A DNA stretch of 64,000 nt from Blastocystis sp. Blastoise (lineage: Eukaryota; Protista; Bigyra: Opalinata), in NCBI GenBank assembly GCA_039096225.1, contig JBBPEB010000007.1, forward strand, positions 1,178,001-1,242,000, read 5' to 3'. Shown piece after piece: positions 35,824 through 56,247 of the stretch; position 1 is the stretch's first letter, and each line of letters begins with the position of its first letter. Below the pieces are notes generated by a model. It did not search any database. It saw only the letters and a program-made list of their open reading frames with translations, and had not been told where the DNA came from. The translations under genes and the position numbers were made by a program.

Positions 35824-36393
35824 TATAACATATATATATATGAAATTATATATTTGTCTTGTTGCTGTCTTTTTTTATGTTGAACTATTCTTTTATTTGT
35901 ATAGCTTTAATATATTTTATTGTATTCTTAAATAACTATTGTATTCTAGTATTTTTCGTAGCTTATCTTCTCTTTCATCCTTCACATAATCATTCACTTT
36001 TTTCTTTTTACTTTTTCTTTAGTGTTTTATTGTTTATCCATTATTAACCGTAACTACCTTTTTTAGTCTTTAAATTTATATATTCCTTTTTTTAACATAT
36101 ATATGTATATATTATTTTAATTATTCCATTTTTAATAAATGTTCAAATCATATTTCTTTAGATATTCTAATGTTTTGATGCAAATTTATTTTTGTATTTC
36201 TTTCAACACAATTATCTTTTATGTTTTAATGTTTTACTTATTGTTTTGTTATATATATATATATATTTATATATATTGAAATCTATATTGTCGTTTATAA
36301 ATTAAAAAAATGTTTATGAATATATATATAGTATTGAATCAACAAATGAATTACTAAGAAATTTAATATAAATACTACTTTTGTCTTAAATAT

Positions 36394-36553
36394 TTATTTA
36401 TTAAGTTTTTACATATATTAAAGCTATAAAAATATATATATGAATAATCTAATACTATTATTAATATATATATATATATATATACATTAATCGTTCACCG
36501 CCAGTTTTTGTTTTTGTTTCTTTTTTTATTTGTTGCAAAGGGATTAATAATGT

Positions 36554-36626
<73 letters not shown>

Positions 36627-38883
36627 TAATAATAATTGATATGAGGTTATAATTTCTTGTTTGATTCTCCTTCTGCTATTGGTTGATGTACTAAATGACG
36701 ATATATACGTATTATATTCTTCGAAGTTCTTTGTTATTATTTCCAAGGAGTGTAATATTGTCTGTATATGAATATTTTCAATTGATCCATTTAAACATAT
36801 ATTAAGAAGTATAATGAATTCAATATCTGTTGTTAATGGACATATTGATGAATACTGATGTATTATTTGATCTATATATATATAAATTAAATATAACTAT
36901 ATATATATTCATTTATTTAACTTTCATAGTATATATATATAAATACTTTGACAAAAATGATTATATTGTTCCTGACCATGTAATACTATTCCATCTATAT
37001 CCCATGAACTTATCTTATTATATGATTGATTATAAAGCAAGTCATAATGCCAAGTATATTCACGGTTATTTTTATTATTATTCACATTTGTCTTCTTTTC
37101 CGAAGAATATAAATACATAACTGTTATGTTATGATAATCTTCAACTATATACATAATAAACAGTATTTGAATATATATAAATATATATACATGAAGAGAT
37201 ATTAATGATTTGAGCAAGAAGCGAAATATACACTGAATGCTTTATATATAATATACATATATATATTATATTATATACAAAAGGATCATAAAAAGGAATA
37301 ATAACAATATCCCATGGTTCATATATATCTATATATACATATCATAAAGTATATGTTATCTTATAAATATGTATTCTATATAATATGTATTCTATATAAT
37401 ATGTATTCTAAATAATATATGATGAATATATTATATAATCTCAATCATATCAAGAATATATATAAATATATTTTTATTACTATTAATAATAATATCTTTA
37501 GGTAATATATATTCAAATGTAGACACAAATCGACGAGAGAGAAAAGGCAGTATATCTATAATACATATATAAATAACTACTATCACAATGTATATATAAA
37601 TATATATACACAGAGAATGATCAGTCTTGATCTCTATTATATATATGTATTGTATAATTGAAGTAGAAAGGGGGATATAAGAAATCTATACATATATATA
37701 CATTATTATTAATACTAATATATATACAAAATTATTAAAAGATAAAAATAATAGATATATATAAAACTAATGAATTATATAAATGACACAACAACGAAAT
37801 TTTATATAATAAGAACTTTACGTTTTCAATAATTCCCTCTTCTTTATGAATATGTTGATCCTCTCTCACGGGGAATCGGATTATTTCCTCTATATTTACG
37901 TTATTTCCATGTAAATGACATAATAGTTGAATATCTGGGTATATTGAATAGAATAACTATATATAAAATGATTCTAATTAATTATTCTGTATAAAAAAAT
38001 ATGTATATATATAATGTTATATATATATATACATTCCAATAGATATATATAGATTGATGAATATAAAAATGACGCTCAAATGGATAATGAATAGGAATTA
38101 TCAATGAGTCCTCTGTAGAATCAATATTCCCATGATTATTTGTCAATTTCAATACATTCATAAAACTATTAGCTTCCTCTTCTTCTTGTGCTTTATTTGA
38201 AAGTCTTTCAGACATTTTAAGTTCATCTGATGTATATCCATTTGATTGGTTTAAATAGAATTCAGTCATATTCAGACTTGTAGATTCATGTTGAAATGTA
38301 GGAGATGGAGAAGGAGAAGGAGAAGGAGGTATATATATAGATAATGGAGGAGAAGGAGGAGAAGAAGAAAATAAATCTATATATATATAAGAATTCATAT
38401 TATATATAAATATATACTTTCTTCTTCTTTATTATTAAGTTTATTCTTATATATATGAATTGCCTTCTGAATTACGAATGAATCAAAACATAATGTATGT
38501 TCCAATGTATTCTTAAATCTATATATAGAATTATGTTTATATATATATGAATTATATTCTATTAAATATGTATATTAGAAGATATTATTATATATAATTA
38601 TATATATATATATATACTTGAATGGTTTATCAATGGAGGACATAACAAGAGTTTCTATATAGAAAGTTATATATATATAGTTATATATGTAATAAAATAC
38701 AATATACTTGAGTGAAAGGAGAGGAATTCATTATTCATTTCATATTCTAATTTTTATACTTAGAGATATTTATTGTATATATATATATATATATACGTTG
38801 AATATAGGATGCTAAAGAATCTTCTTGGATCTATTAAGATATATATTATATTATATTATATTATATATATATATATATATATC

Positions 38884-38927
<44 letters not shown>

Positions 38928-40405
38928 ATTACTATCTTGAAGACTATTCTTTCGAATTCTTTTCAATGATTGTGTTCCATAGTTTTCTTGAGATAAAAGC
39001 ATATCTATAATGATATGTGAATAATTATATATATATATATATACTGATTCCTTCTTCGTCATATGTTGTCTATATAAGATATAGTAACATTATATATATA
39101 AACATATATATATACTCTTTTGACTTTATGTAATGATTTATTCATAATTAAATCAAATAACATTTCTATCTATATATATATATATATAATGAGAATTCTA
39201 TATTTTATACTAGTTTTTCCTTTTTATCTCGATAATTATATTTACTATTTATTCTATTCTCTTTATATGTTAATAATAACCTCAATTCTCTACTATCTAT
39301 ATACATATATACACTATATAAATATTAAACAACATTTTATAAATATACACTATATATATTAAAAAATATTATATAAATATATATACACTATATATTCAAT
39401 AATATTATATATATTCAATAATATTATATATATACTATATATATTATCAATATTATATTTTGATACACTTTTATTCTCTAATCGTTTTAATAAATTTATA
39501 TATATATCATCATTCATTTCAGAAACAGTTAATTCTTTATATATATACATATATACTATTATATATATATATATATGTATATATATATACTTGTAGTAAT
39601 AGACTCAGACGTATTTTCGACTTGTTTATTACATGTTTGATTGATTGTTTCCTTAACTTCTTTATCCTTTTTCAACTTATACTCATTCTTATATTCATTT
39701 ATATCTTCAATTTGTTTATTTCTCGCTCTTTTCTCAATGTTAAATTCCATCAAATTAGTCTCTATTTTATTATTTATTTGTTTTTGAGAATTCATCTTTG
39801 ATAAATCACTATAATATTAAGACATTTGATATATAAAAATATAAAATATAATCGAAAAATATAACATATATCGAATTAATTACTTGACATAAATTGATGG
39901 CTCTGAATCTTCATTCACTTGATTTTCTTCAGAAATACCACGTGTTGTAGAGTTATTCATATCATTCTGTTTTACATCATTCAATACTATATTCTCACTG
40001 CTAATCTGACTTTTCAATTGAATCTATAATAAACTTAGTGAATGAATACCAAAACAATACTCGTTTATTTCTTGGCTGAATTGTAATTGTTTGAGACTCG
40101 TCACTCGATCCTGTGGAGTCTGTTTCCTGATTTATCTTTGAGAGAAGATCAAGTTTTGAAGTTGGCGATAAATCTAATTGAAATCGCTGAGTCATAAATT
40201 GATTCTATATTTCATTAAATTGCATAGAATTATGTTCTTTGTACATTTATACCTGATTTTCATTGTTATCCTCGTATATAGGTCTTTGGGACAACAACGA
40301 TTGGGAAGAATGAGAAATAATTAATGATTGAGAGTCAGCTATATATGTATATATATTCAATATATTACATATAATACATTTATCTGCTTGAAACACCCGT
40401 GGCAT
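36394..40405 (-). CDS. Hypothetical protein with many short exons; function not recognised
   Basis: A chain of open segments bounded by GT-AG, including ORFs 40001-40195, 39559-39795, 37982-38398 and 36924-37217. No motif recognised. Confidence 0.5.
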
Positions 40406-40648
40406 TATTTAATAATATAATAAAGAGCTCAGTTAGAGACAAAAGTGATCCATTTTTACTAATAATTTGATCATGTTTTTCTTTATATAAAAGGTTTTAT
40501 AGAATCAATAGTATTTCCTTCTATCTATATCATTTTATTTATGAATACCAAAGTAAAGATCAAAACTATCTTTAAATGTAATGATCAAAATGTAAGAAAC
40601 TGAAAAGAGAAAATGAAGAAAAATAGTTTATATTTTCAATAAAGCAAT

Positions 40649-47212
<6,564 letters not shown>

Positions 47213-48387
47213 CGGTTAATGTAATCAATATCAAAGACTTAATGGAAAGTCTTTTACTATGAAAAGTTCTTTGAAATCAAAACAGGAAATTCGAGGTCAT
47301 GGCAAAACTATTGAAAATTGAATAATGTTATGAAAAAAATTACGAAAATCGAAAAATCTCTTCTGTGATTGGATAGTGGATAATTTGCAGAAACAGATCC
47401 TGTTTTTATGATTTTATATAAGCATAGAACCATTTAAAAAGAAGTATATATATTCGAAGAAGAAAATAACATTAAAATTGAAGAAAACAAAAAAAATTTG
47501 TTCAATTACAAAAATACGAGATAACAACTTAATGTTCTGATGAATAACTGATTTTTGCAATTGATTTGTGACATAAGTATAATAAATAACAGTATTTATT
47601 CCCATATAAAAAAATAATTTAAATAATGAAGTGTCTATACAAGTATTATATTTGTTTAAATAAGTTAGGTATCCTATGTAATACAAGGAGATTTTCCTGA
47701 AGAATAAAATAACGAAAATAAATTACGAAAATGAATAATTAGTAGATCCACAGGAATCAAGTAGATTTGATAAGTATTTTCATCTTTTTATGATATGATG
47801 GCATGTTCTTAAGTTATATTGAGTAGAACTATGATAAATAAAAACATAATTTCACTCATCACTAAGAGAGAACTTACATTATCGGTTAATACATCCCATA
47901 GATGTATTTTTAGGATATGCGATGCATATCTCGAACGATTACAAAGAAGATAATTGAATGAAATTGAAAAGAACAAGAAAAAAACTGAATACTGAAAAAA
48001 TGAATTCAGACAAATTCAGAAATTGTGTGAAAAATATTGTTTAAAAACACCGATAATTATATGCCTGCTAAATAAAATACAATTTATAAGAAAATTGGGG
48101 AAGAATGCATCAATTTGAAAGAAATAGGTCAATCTTTGATATATAGCATATAATTATGGGAATAGAATGAAAAAAGTTTCCTCGTTTGTAAAAATACTGA
48201 GAGAAAGAGAAAAACCCCACAGAAAGCAATTAGAACCATGGGATTCCGTTATCTACTGGAATTCTCAATTCTCACTATTATCTAAAATTCCATTATATAC
48301 TCTTCTTTAACATTCTTTTTTCCTATTTTATTCGATAATAGTATGTTTGTTTGATATTTTTTATTTGATTGAAATGATTATGTTTAG

Positions 48388-49249
48388 ATGAGTGCTGCAA
48401 ATACTGTAATTAAAGCTACCAAGTGGATTGCTGGTATTGGTCTTGTCAGTTGGGCTGGCTATGAATCCTTATATAACGTTGATGGTGGTCACCGTGCTGT
48501 CATTTATAATCGTATTGGTGGTATGTCCAATAAAGTTATTGGTGAAGGTACTCATATTTTATTACCTTGGTTCCAAAGACCTTATATTTATGATATTCGT
48601 ACTCAACCTAGAACTATGTCTTCTTTAACTGGTACTAGAGGTATGTTTTTTTATGTATTTAGTCACTGCTTTCAGTCATATAAATATATGTTTTTTTATT
48701 ATTTATAGTATTTATATAAAAAAAATATTGTTTTAATATAAAATGAATTGAATTTCTGAAATATCATAATCTATATAGATCTTCAAATGGTCAATATTTC
48801 TCTCAGAGTTCTTTGTAGACCTGATACTGAATGTTTACCTGAAACTTACAGAACTCTTGGCTTAAGTATGTTTATTTTTTTTTTTTTTTTGTAATTTTAT
48901 TTTTATTTGAATTATTTTTTACTTTTATTATTATGTTTATAAAAAAAATTTTTTTTGTTGTTATGGATTATTATTATATATTATTCGATATCTATGAATA
49001 TATTATATAGATTGGAATGAAAGAGTTCTTCCTTCTATTGTTAATGAAGTATTAAAACAAGTTGTAGCTCAATTTAATGCGGCCGCCTTATTAGTACAAC
49101 GAGAACAAGTCTCTAGATTAATTCAAAGAAATCTTATTGAAAGAGGTAAGGAATTTGGTATTGTTGTTGATGATGTCTCTATCGTCGAATTAAATTTCGG
49201 AAGAGAATTTGCTCATGAAGTTGAAAGAAAACAAGTCGGTATGTTTTTT

Positions 49250-49282
<33 letters not shown>

Positions 49283-49660
49283 TTTTTTTAATTATTTAAG
49301 TTATATGTTATTTTAATTATTAGTTATTAAAAATAAAACTTATGATAGCTATATATAATATACAAAATATATTTATTTCATTTATATAGCTCAACAAGAT
49401 GCTGAAAGAGCTAAATATATTGTCGAACAAGCTAAACAAGATAAGAGAAGTGTCATTATTCGTGCTCAGGGTGAAGCTCAATCCGCTCAATTGATTGGTC
49501 AAGCCATGGAAAATAACCCCGGTTTTATTGAAATGCGTAGAATTAAGACTTCAAGAGAAATTGCTTCTGTCTTATCTCAATCTAATAATAGACTTTATCT
49601 TTCTTCTGATTCTCTCTTAGTTAATATCATGAATGATACTGGTGCTACTAGGTATATATA

Positions 49661-49702
<42 letters not shown>

Positions 49703-49933
49703 ATTCATATTATTTCCCTTTCTCTATTATTCTTATTTTCTAGTCGTTTATCTCAATTTAATACTCAAGGTAAAGAAAATATTGCTCCTATTCCTTCTCC
49801 TGCTGCTCCTGTTGAAGCCAAGAAAATTGTTCTTGAAAAGCCTTTAGAAGAAAAAGAATCTGAACCTGTTGCTCCCGTCGCTGTTGTTCCCGCTCCTGCT
49901 GCCGCCGAAACTAAAAGATGGTTCGGTTGGTAA
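48388..49933 (+). CDS. PHB2: Prohibitin-2, multi-exon
   Basis: [68 protein letters not shown] and [11 protein letters not shown]. Confidence 0.95.
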
Positions 49934-50205
49934 ACGTAATAAATATTATTAAGTTTGTATTTTTCTTTTTTTGGGGTTAGTTTATATATTTATATTCTTT
50001 TATATATACTAGAATCATGCTATTTACAGCCTATACTATTATATTTTTATTCATTTTTTTGTTTTTCTTGTTTGGTTTTTTTTTTTTTTATTCATATTCA
50101 TTTTTATATGAAAGCATAATTTATTCATAAACAATAATTATCAAATAAATACATGATACAGATCAGAATAATACATACATATAATACAACAAATAAATAC
50201 TAATT

Positions 50206-50691
50206 TTAAGCTTCATATTGCCTATAAGAACACTGTTTGAGACCGCTTCTTATTTTCATAGTCAATAGTGGATCAATAAATTTGAAAGAGGGATTCTCAA
50301 TAATCATAACATGCATCTTCTGAAAACGACTGAATAAGGCTGAAACATCATGAGAGTTAATAGTATTTCTCTGAATTTTGATAAAGTATATAATTAAAGA
50401 AATAAATAGAAATAGTATGATAATGAATATAAATATAGAATCAACAAAATAATGTATAGTAAATTGAAATATGATACATATTATTCGTATATATATATAT
50501 AAGAGAATAAGGATATAATTGTATGATTCGATAGTTGTGTTTTATCATTAATAAATATGATATGTTTATTATCCCTATATTCTTGTCGAAGTGATAGAGG
50601 AACAAGCGGATTTGAAAAGAAAGAGTATATTATTAAGGAATCAAATAGATATATATATTGAAATATAAATAGTAGTTTAGAGTTTCTATTC

Positions 50692-50729
<38 letters not shown>

Positions 50730-51017
50730 TAAAATATCTATAATATCAAAGAGTTTTTATTCATAAATATATATATATATATAAAAGGATATATGTTCTC
50801 GATATAAATCATGAAATTCTTCTTCGAATTGTTTGATACATATAAAGCTATTCAGAGTACATATATTTTTCTTATTTCTACATGCTCCATTTTCTCTTCC
50901 TTGATAACCAGTACATCGATTACAAGAGAAAGAAGGAAGAACCAAAATACGCTTCAAATGAATCGCTAAGAACAACATTGATGATAAGGCTTCATAATCT
51001 ATATATATATATATATA

Positions 51018-51073
<56 letters not shown>

Positions 51074-53848
51074 TATATTATATTATATTATATTATATTA
51101 TATTATATTATATTCTTTATTTATCGATAACTTAAATATTAATATATAAAAATTATAAAAAAAAACATATATATATTTGAATAATATTAAAAATAAAATT
51201 TTTTATATTAATAGATAATATATATACCTGTATCTCTATTATTATTTATATAAGTAATAAAACGATAATTAGGGTTTTGATAATATTCTTCTTTCTTATA
51301 TCTATAAAATCCAAGTTCTTTCATTCGATATATCTTGGCTATATTACCTACTATCCAATTATTATGCATAATTATTTGCTCTTTAGCTATAGTACATATA
51401 TATATAAGAAGAAATAAATATGAATAAAGAACTAATATTATATATTATTATATAGATATTGAATAAAAATATAGAATAGAATCCTATAAAAATATATATA
51501 TAAATACCTTGTTTAAGATCATTAATATAGTTAAAATGATACATTTCAAAGAATATCCATCCTGGAGGGAATTGATATATATCTAATAATTTGAATTGAA
51601 GTCCTTGAGGAATAAGCAGCTGAATTGCTTTATTGAGAGCCGGTTGTTGACGAATGTCTTCTTGCTTATATATTCTCCATGCTAATACAAATAAGGAATA
51701 AGACAGATAAGTAGGATTAGCATAACTATATAGAGATAGAGATAGAGAAGTAATTAATAACAAATATATAAAACATATGATATATATATATATGATATTT
51801 TGAATAATAATAGATATATAAGAAATAATAATTAATTAAAAAATACAAATATTAGAACATAAAGATCATTTTATACATGTAGAATAATAAAAATCAATAT
51901 ACTTGATATACAAATAAATGTAATAAATATAATTATTAATGTTATTATTATTATATATATACATGAATCCACTGTTTCTATCTTTCGAAGTATCGCGATC
52001 TTCTTCCTGTTGTATATAAATATCATATCCTTCTTCTTGGAATGCAGAGAAAGGGGATTTAAAGAATACTATATCTGTATCACTAATAAGAACATGATAA
52101 CCATATTGAAGTACATATATCATCGCTAAAGTCTTAGCATTCACTTTCTGCTTAAAATTAATGCTATCATAATCAGAACCACTAGAATCTAAGGAAGATA
52201 AAACATCCAAATAAAACACGGGAATATGCATTGCTGAAGTTAACTAGATATATAGATGTATCAATAAGAGATTACTATAATTCATATATATATCAATAAT
52301 ATATTAAATTATGTATTAATGAAATTATAAAAAATAGAATATTTCACTTAATATATACATACATTATATGCTTTTTCATCGAGAACAAAAGCAATAAAAT
52401 TATTGAAATGAAACGGTTGAATACTAGTTTCATAGAAATTGACAAAATGAGGGAAAAAGTTACTATCGAAAACGGAGAGAATAATAGTATTTTCGACAGC
52501 TGTTTCCTTTAATAAAGTATAGAGAGATGGAGGTGGAGGAGGATAGAACGAAGATAATTCATGAATAGTATTTATATAAGATGGTTTAAGGTGATCTATA
52601 TTGTCGTTAGAGGTAGGGAAGACTCGACTTCGTAGGGATGGATAAACATGTAGTTTAGTAGATGGAGTAGGAAAAGGAGGGTTATTGAAATTAATTATTT
52701 TTAATTGTGGGAATCCAGTAGTTGTAGGAGGATAAGGAGGATATTTATAATATATAGAAGAAGGAGAAGGAGTAGGAATTGTAGTATTGGTATGTATAGT
52801 AGATTTAGTATTTAGAATAGGTAAATCCGATATTTGAGGATCCTCCTGAGAATTTGATGTTATTAGTGTATTGTCATTTTGTTTTGATTGAGAAGTATAT
52901 TGAGATGATGGTGAAGATGATGATGATGAAGGCGAAGAATTATAGTGAGAAGAAGAAGATGAAGAAGATGAAGAAGATGAAGAAGATGATGATGAAGAAG
53001 ATGATGAAGAAGGAATATCGAATGAAACAGATGTTTCTAACTCAGATTCTACATATATAATATAATAAAAACTTTTAAAATACAATAAAAGAAAGATATA
53101 AATATTTCTTTTTAATATAAACAGGAATCTGTATACTAATAAAAAAACTCTATTATACTTATAATAATATACCTTTAACATTCCTAATATCTATGGGAGC
53201 AGATTTTACAATATCTTTCTGTATTACTGTCGGAACAATTTTAATTTCATTAATACTGTACTTTTCTTTTATGATAGGCACGTGATCAGTATGTACAGAA
53301 CGAATCACTTGAACGTCTGCCATTTTTTTATTTCCATAAGGATTCCTTATTGCTACATATAGAATAATCAAATAACAATATGCGAAATATACATATATAT
53401 AAATACATTTCTGCATAGTGTACTTACGTGCATCTAATTTTGCTCGATGACGCGTAGGTGTACGAGCGAATTTCTTTTCAATAATTGCTCTATTTTTTTC
53501 AATACTATATAATATTTTATTTATATATATTTTTATCATTTTAAAGATCAGATATCATCCATATTAAATTTTTAAAAAAATACATGGATTCCATTTCTTG
53601 TCGAGAATGAACAGTATATTCATCATGAGTATCAGACTGCTCAGTGACCCCAACATCTTTAATATTATAATGCATTTTAGTATTGGGTTGCTAAAAGAAA
53701 AATAAGAAGAAGAAAAGAAAAGAAAATATACACTTTGTGTATTTCCCAAAGTGAACAATGTGTAGAAGAATATAGATAGAAAAACAATAATGAATAGAAA
53801 AATGAGATTAGGCAACCGATTTGAACCACATCTATGAAAAAGACTCAT
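50206..53848 (-). CDS. Type II membrane nucleotide-diphospho-sugar transferase (GT77-like glycosyltransferase) with S/P-rich stem
   Basis: N-terminal TM (LIFLFIIVFLSIFFYTLF), GYHVLISDTDIVFFKSPF (DxD motif), NSGFM, FPPGW and HNNWIVG...KIYRMKELG. Confidence 0.8.
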
Positions 53849-54770
53849 GTTCTTTAATGGATTCTATATATATAGTAATGTCATTAATCTTAGACCTAGA
53901 TACTGCTATAATAGATGTGTTTAGAGAACTTAATTCACAAAATAAGAATCACTGCTAAAACCGAAAAATACTGAATCCTTTTAAAAATGACATTGTTCTC
54001 CCCTGATTAAATGAGAACTTTGACTTGGATTTTTATTTATAATTAGTATCTTGATTTTTTCTGTTCTTTTTAGAAAACACTCAAAGCAAAACAAAAACAA
54101 CACATATGATGTGTTTGGATGAGGCGTGCCGTGTAATAATAGTATTGTAAATAACTTTCAATATATAGAAACCAATATAATATTCAAAAAAAATATGTTA
54201 TTTCTAATGTATTCCTGTTTGCCCTATATTCCTATATTTACTTTGTCGACACATGTTTCTATATGATATGAAATACTAATAAGTAAGGGAAATAGTACGG
54301 AATTAGAAAAAATGAAAAGTATTAGCAGAAGACAAGTTTTTATGCATCAAATTTAATTATTTGTATTATAGATAAATGTATTCCACCTGGACTTGATGTA
54401 TTTCTTTAATTATAGCAAATTGATATGAAATACAAACTGTTATACTCGATCACAAGAATATGTATATATAGTATCAATGTGTTGATAAAGATACGCTCAT
54501 TTATATGAAGAAAATAGGTTTGTGAAGAAGAAGATGTCTCAAAAATAAAACAAAATAAATGTTCAAATATTCCCATGAATACAAATAACACCCAGAACCT
54601 CCAGTTCATCATCATTAAAATAGGGTCATTTTCATAGAAAAACGCCATAATGTTTTAAAATGACAAGTACAATCAGTGCCAAAACCTGACAACCCTTATC
54701 GTTTTCAATAGTTACGGGGAATTTTTTGACGCGGTTTTTTTTGTTTGAATTGTAATAACATGTAGAATAT

Positions 54771-54790
54771 ATTCTAGAAATTTCTAGAAT
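54771..54790. promoter_or_regulatory. Heat-shock-element-like array (4 inverted nGAAn units) in the transposon 5' region
   Basis: aTTCtaGAAatTTCtaGAAt, at the centre of a 28-bp perfect palindrome. Confidence 0.55.
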
Positions 54791-54899
54791 ATATAATTAG
54801 TGGTTTTGGAAAAACAGAAATTTTAATTGGAACACAATTACTCTGAGACCTTTTTTTAACCCTTTAAAAATAGTTTTATTCTTTAAAAATAAGTTGTGT

Positions 54900-55914
54900 A
54901 TGGGTAAATACGTCGTTATAACTGAAAGAGAGTTTAGAAAGATGATAAGAGACGGGTACACGGATGAACAGATTGCCATTCATTTTCATTGTTCGCTTAG
55001 AACTGTTGCCCGTAGAAGGTCCCAATACAATATGTCCAAGTCAACTAAGAAAGGTGGAAGACCACAAGTTTTAACTCCTTCTAATTTACGAGAAATCAAT
55101 AATATTGTCCCAAAAAGCTCTGAGAACTCTAGCGTTTTATTGGATATCTTCCAAAAGAAAACCGGTACTCATGTCTCAAAAAGGTCCTTTATTAGAGGAC
55201 TCCATGCTGTTGGTTACGTCGCCAAAAAGAAGCTTCATAAACCACTCATATCGGAGAAAAATAGAAAAGTCCGATTGGATTGGTGTTTAAAATACCGAAA
55301 TATGCCAATAAGTTTCTGGGAAAACGTCCTCTGGTCTGACGAGTGTTCTATTAGAACACATCAATCAACCTTTCAAGAATACTATTGGAAGAAACCTGGT
55401 TCTCCAAATAAGCCGTCAGAAATCATTCCAACCATGAAAAACGATGGAAAATCGATTATGATTTGGGGATGTATGACGCAACATGGTGCTGGTCAAATGG
55501 AGGTCCTTGATGGTCATGTGACATCATTAAAGTATGGAGAAACTCTTGGTCGAACTCTTCCGTCAACCGTGGAAAAATTGCAAATTGACCCCAAAACTAT
55601 GGTATTCCAACAGGATAATGCTCCTATTCACAAGTCAAAAAAGATGAATAGTTTCTTTAAAACTGCTCAACTTACAGTGATTGATTGGCCTCCACAGTCC
55701 CCAGACCTTAATCCCATTGAACATCTTTGGGTCTATATTAAAAGAAGATTACAAAAGAAATTCCCATTGCGGATATACTTTGAGTCAACTAAAGGTCGAA
55801 GTTGACAAGATATGGAGGTCAATACCTGTAAATGTATGTGAAAGGCTTGTTTTATCAATGCCGAAAAGAATTGAGGCAGTAATAGCCAATAATGGTGGAT
55901 TTACAAGATATTAA
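54900..55914 (+). pseudogene. Tc1 DD34E transposase with a single +1 frameshift near 55755-55780
   Basis: N-terminal HTH with GGRP, WSDE, then QDNAPIH-(34 aa)-SPDLNPIE. The C-terminus (LKVEVDKIWRSIP...SMPKRIEAVIANNGGFTRY*) is in the next frame (ORF 55681..55914). Confidence 0.85.
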
Positions 55915-56247
55915 TATTTGTGTTTCAATTCAAAAAAATGGTTTTTTAAATTTTTTTCCATGACGCTTATTTGTTTTGTTTCCCTGTTTTAATAGTCAAT
56001 ACAACCTTTGATGACAAATGACTTAATAAAAAAAAAACAAAGAAAAACTCGCCAGTTTAAAAAAAAAACCGAGGTTGTCAGGTTTTGGCACTGATTGTAT
56101 TGTGTATAGATATGAAAAACGTTATATAGATCATTTATTTAATTATGCCTGTCAAAAATGTTGAAAAAGAAGACTTTTCAATTTCTTTGATTATTTTCAC
56201 AATTATTTAAATGCCTTTATAATTATTGAATATATAACGAAATAATA

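Larger units (their letters stand above)
54670..56097 (+). mobile_element. Full-length Tc1/mariner DNA transposon (Tc1, DD34E), 1428 bp
   Basis: Perfect 25-bp TIRs CAATCAGTGCCAAAACCTGACAACC (54670-54694 and 56073-56097), flanked by a TA target duplication (54668-54669 and 56098-56099), with an internal transposase. Confidence 0.97.

Noticed and set aside
47640-48170. Purine-rich, coding-looking intergenic stretch, possibly a decayed gene
   Set aside because: Multiple stops and no recognisable motif, so a pseudogene call cannot be supported without homology.
54406-54648. 80-aa ORF beside the transposon left end
   Set aside because: Outside the TIR, no motifs, and typical of chance ORFs in AT-rich DNA.
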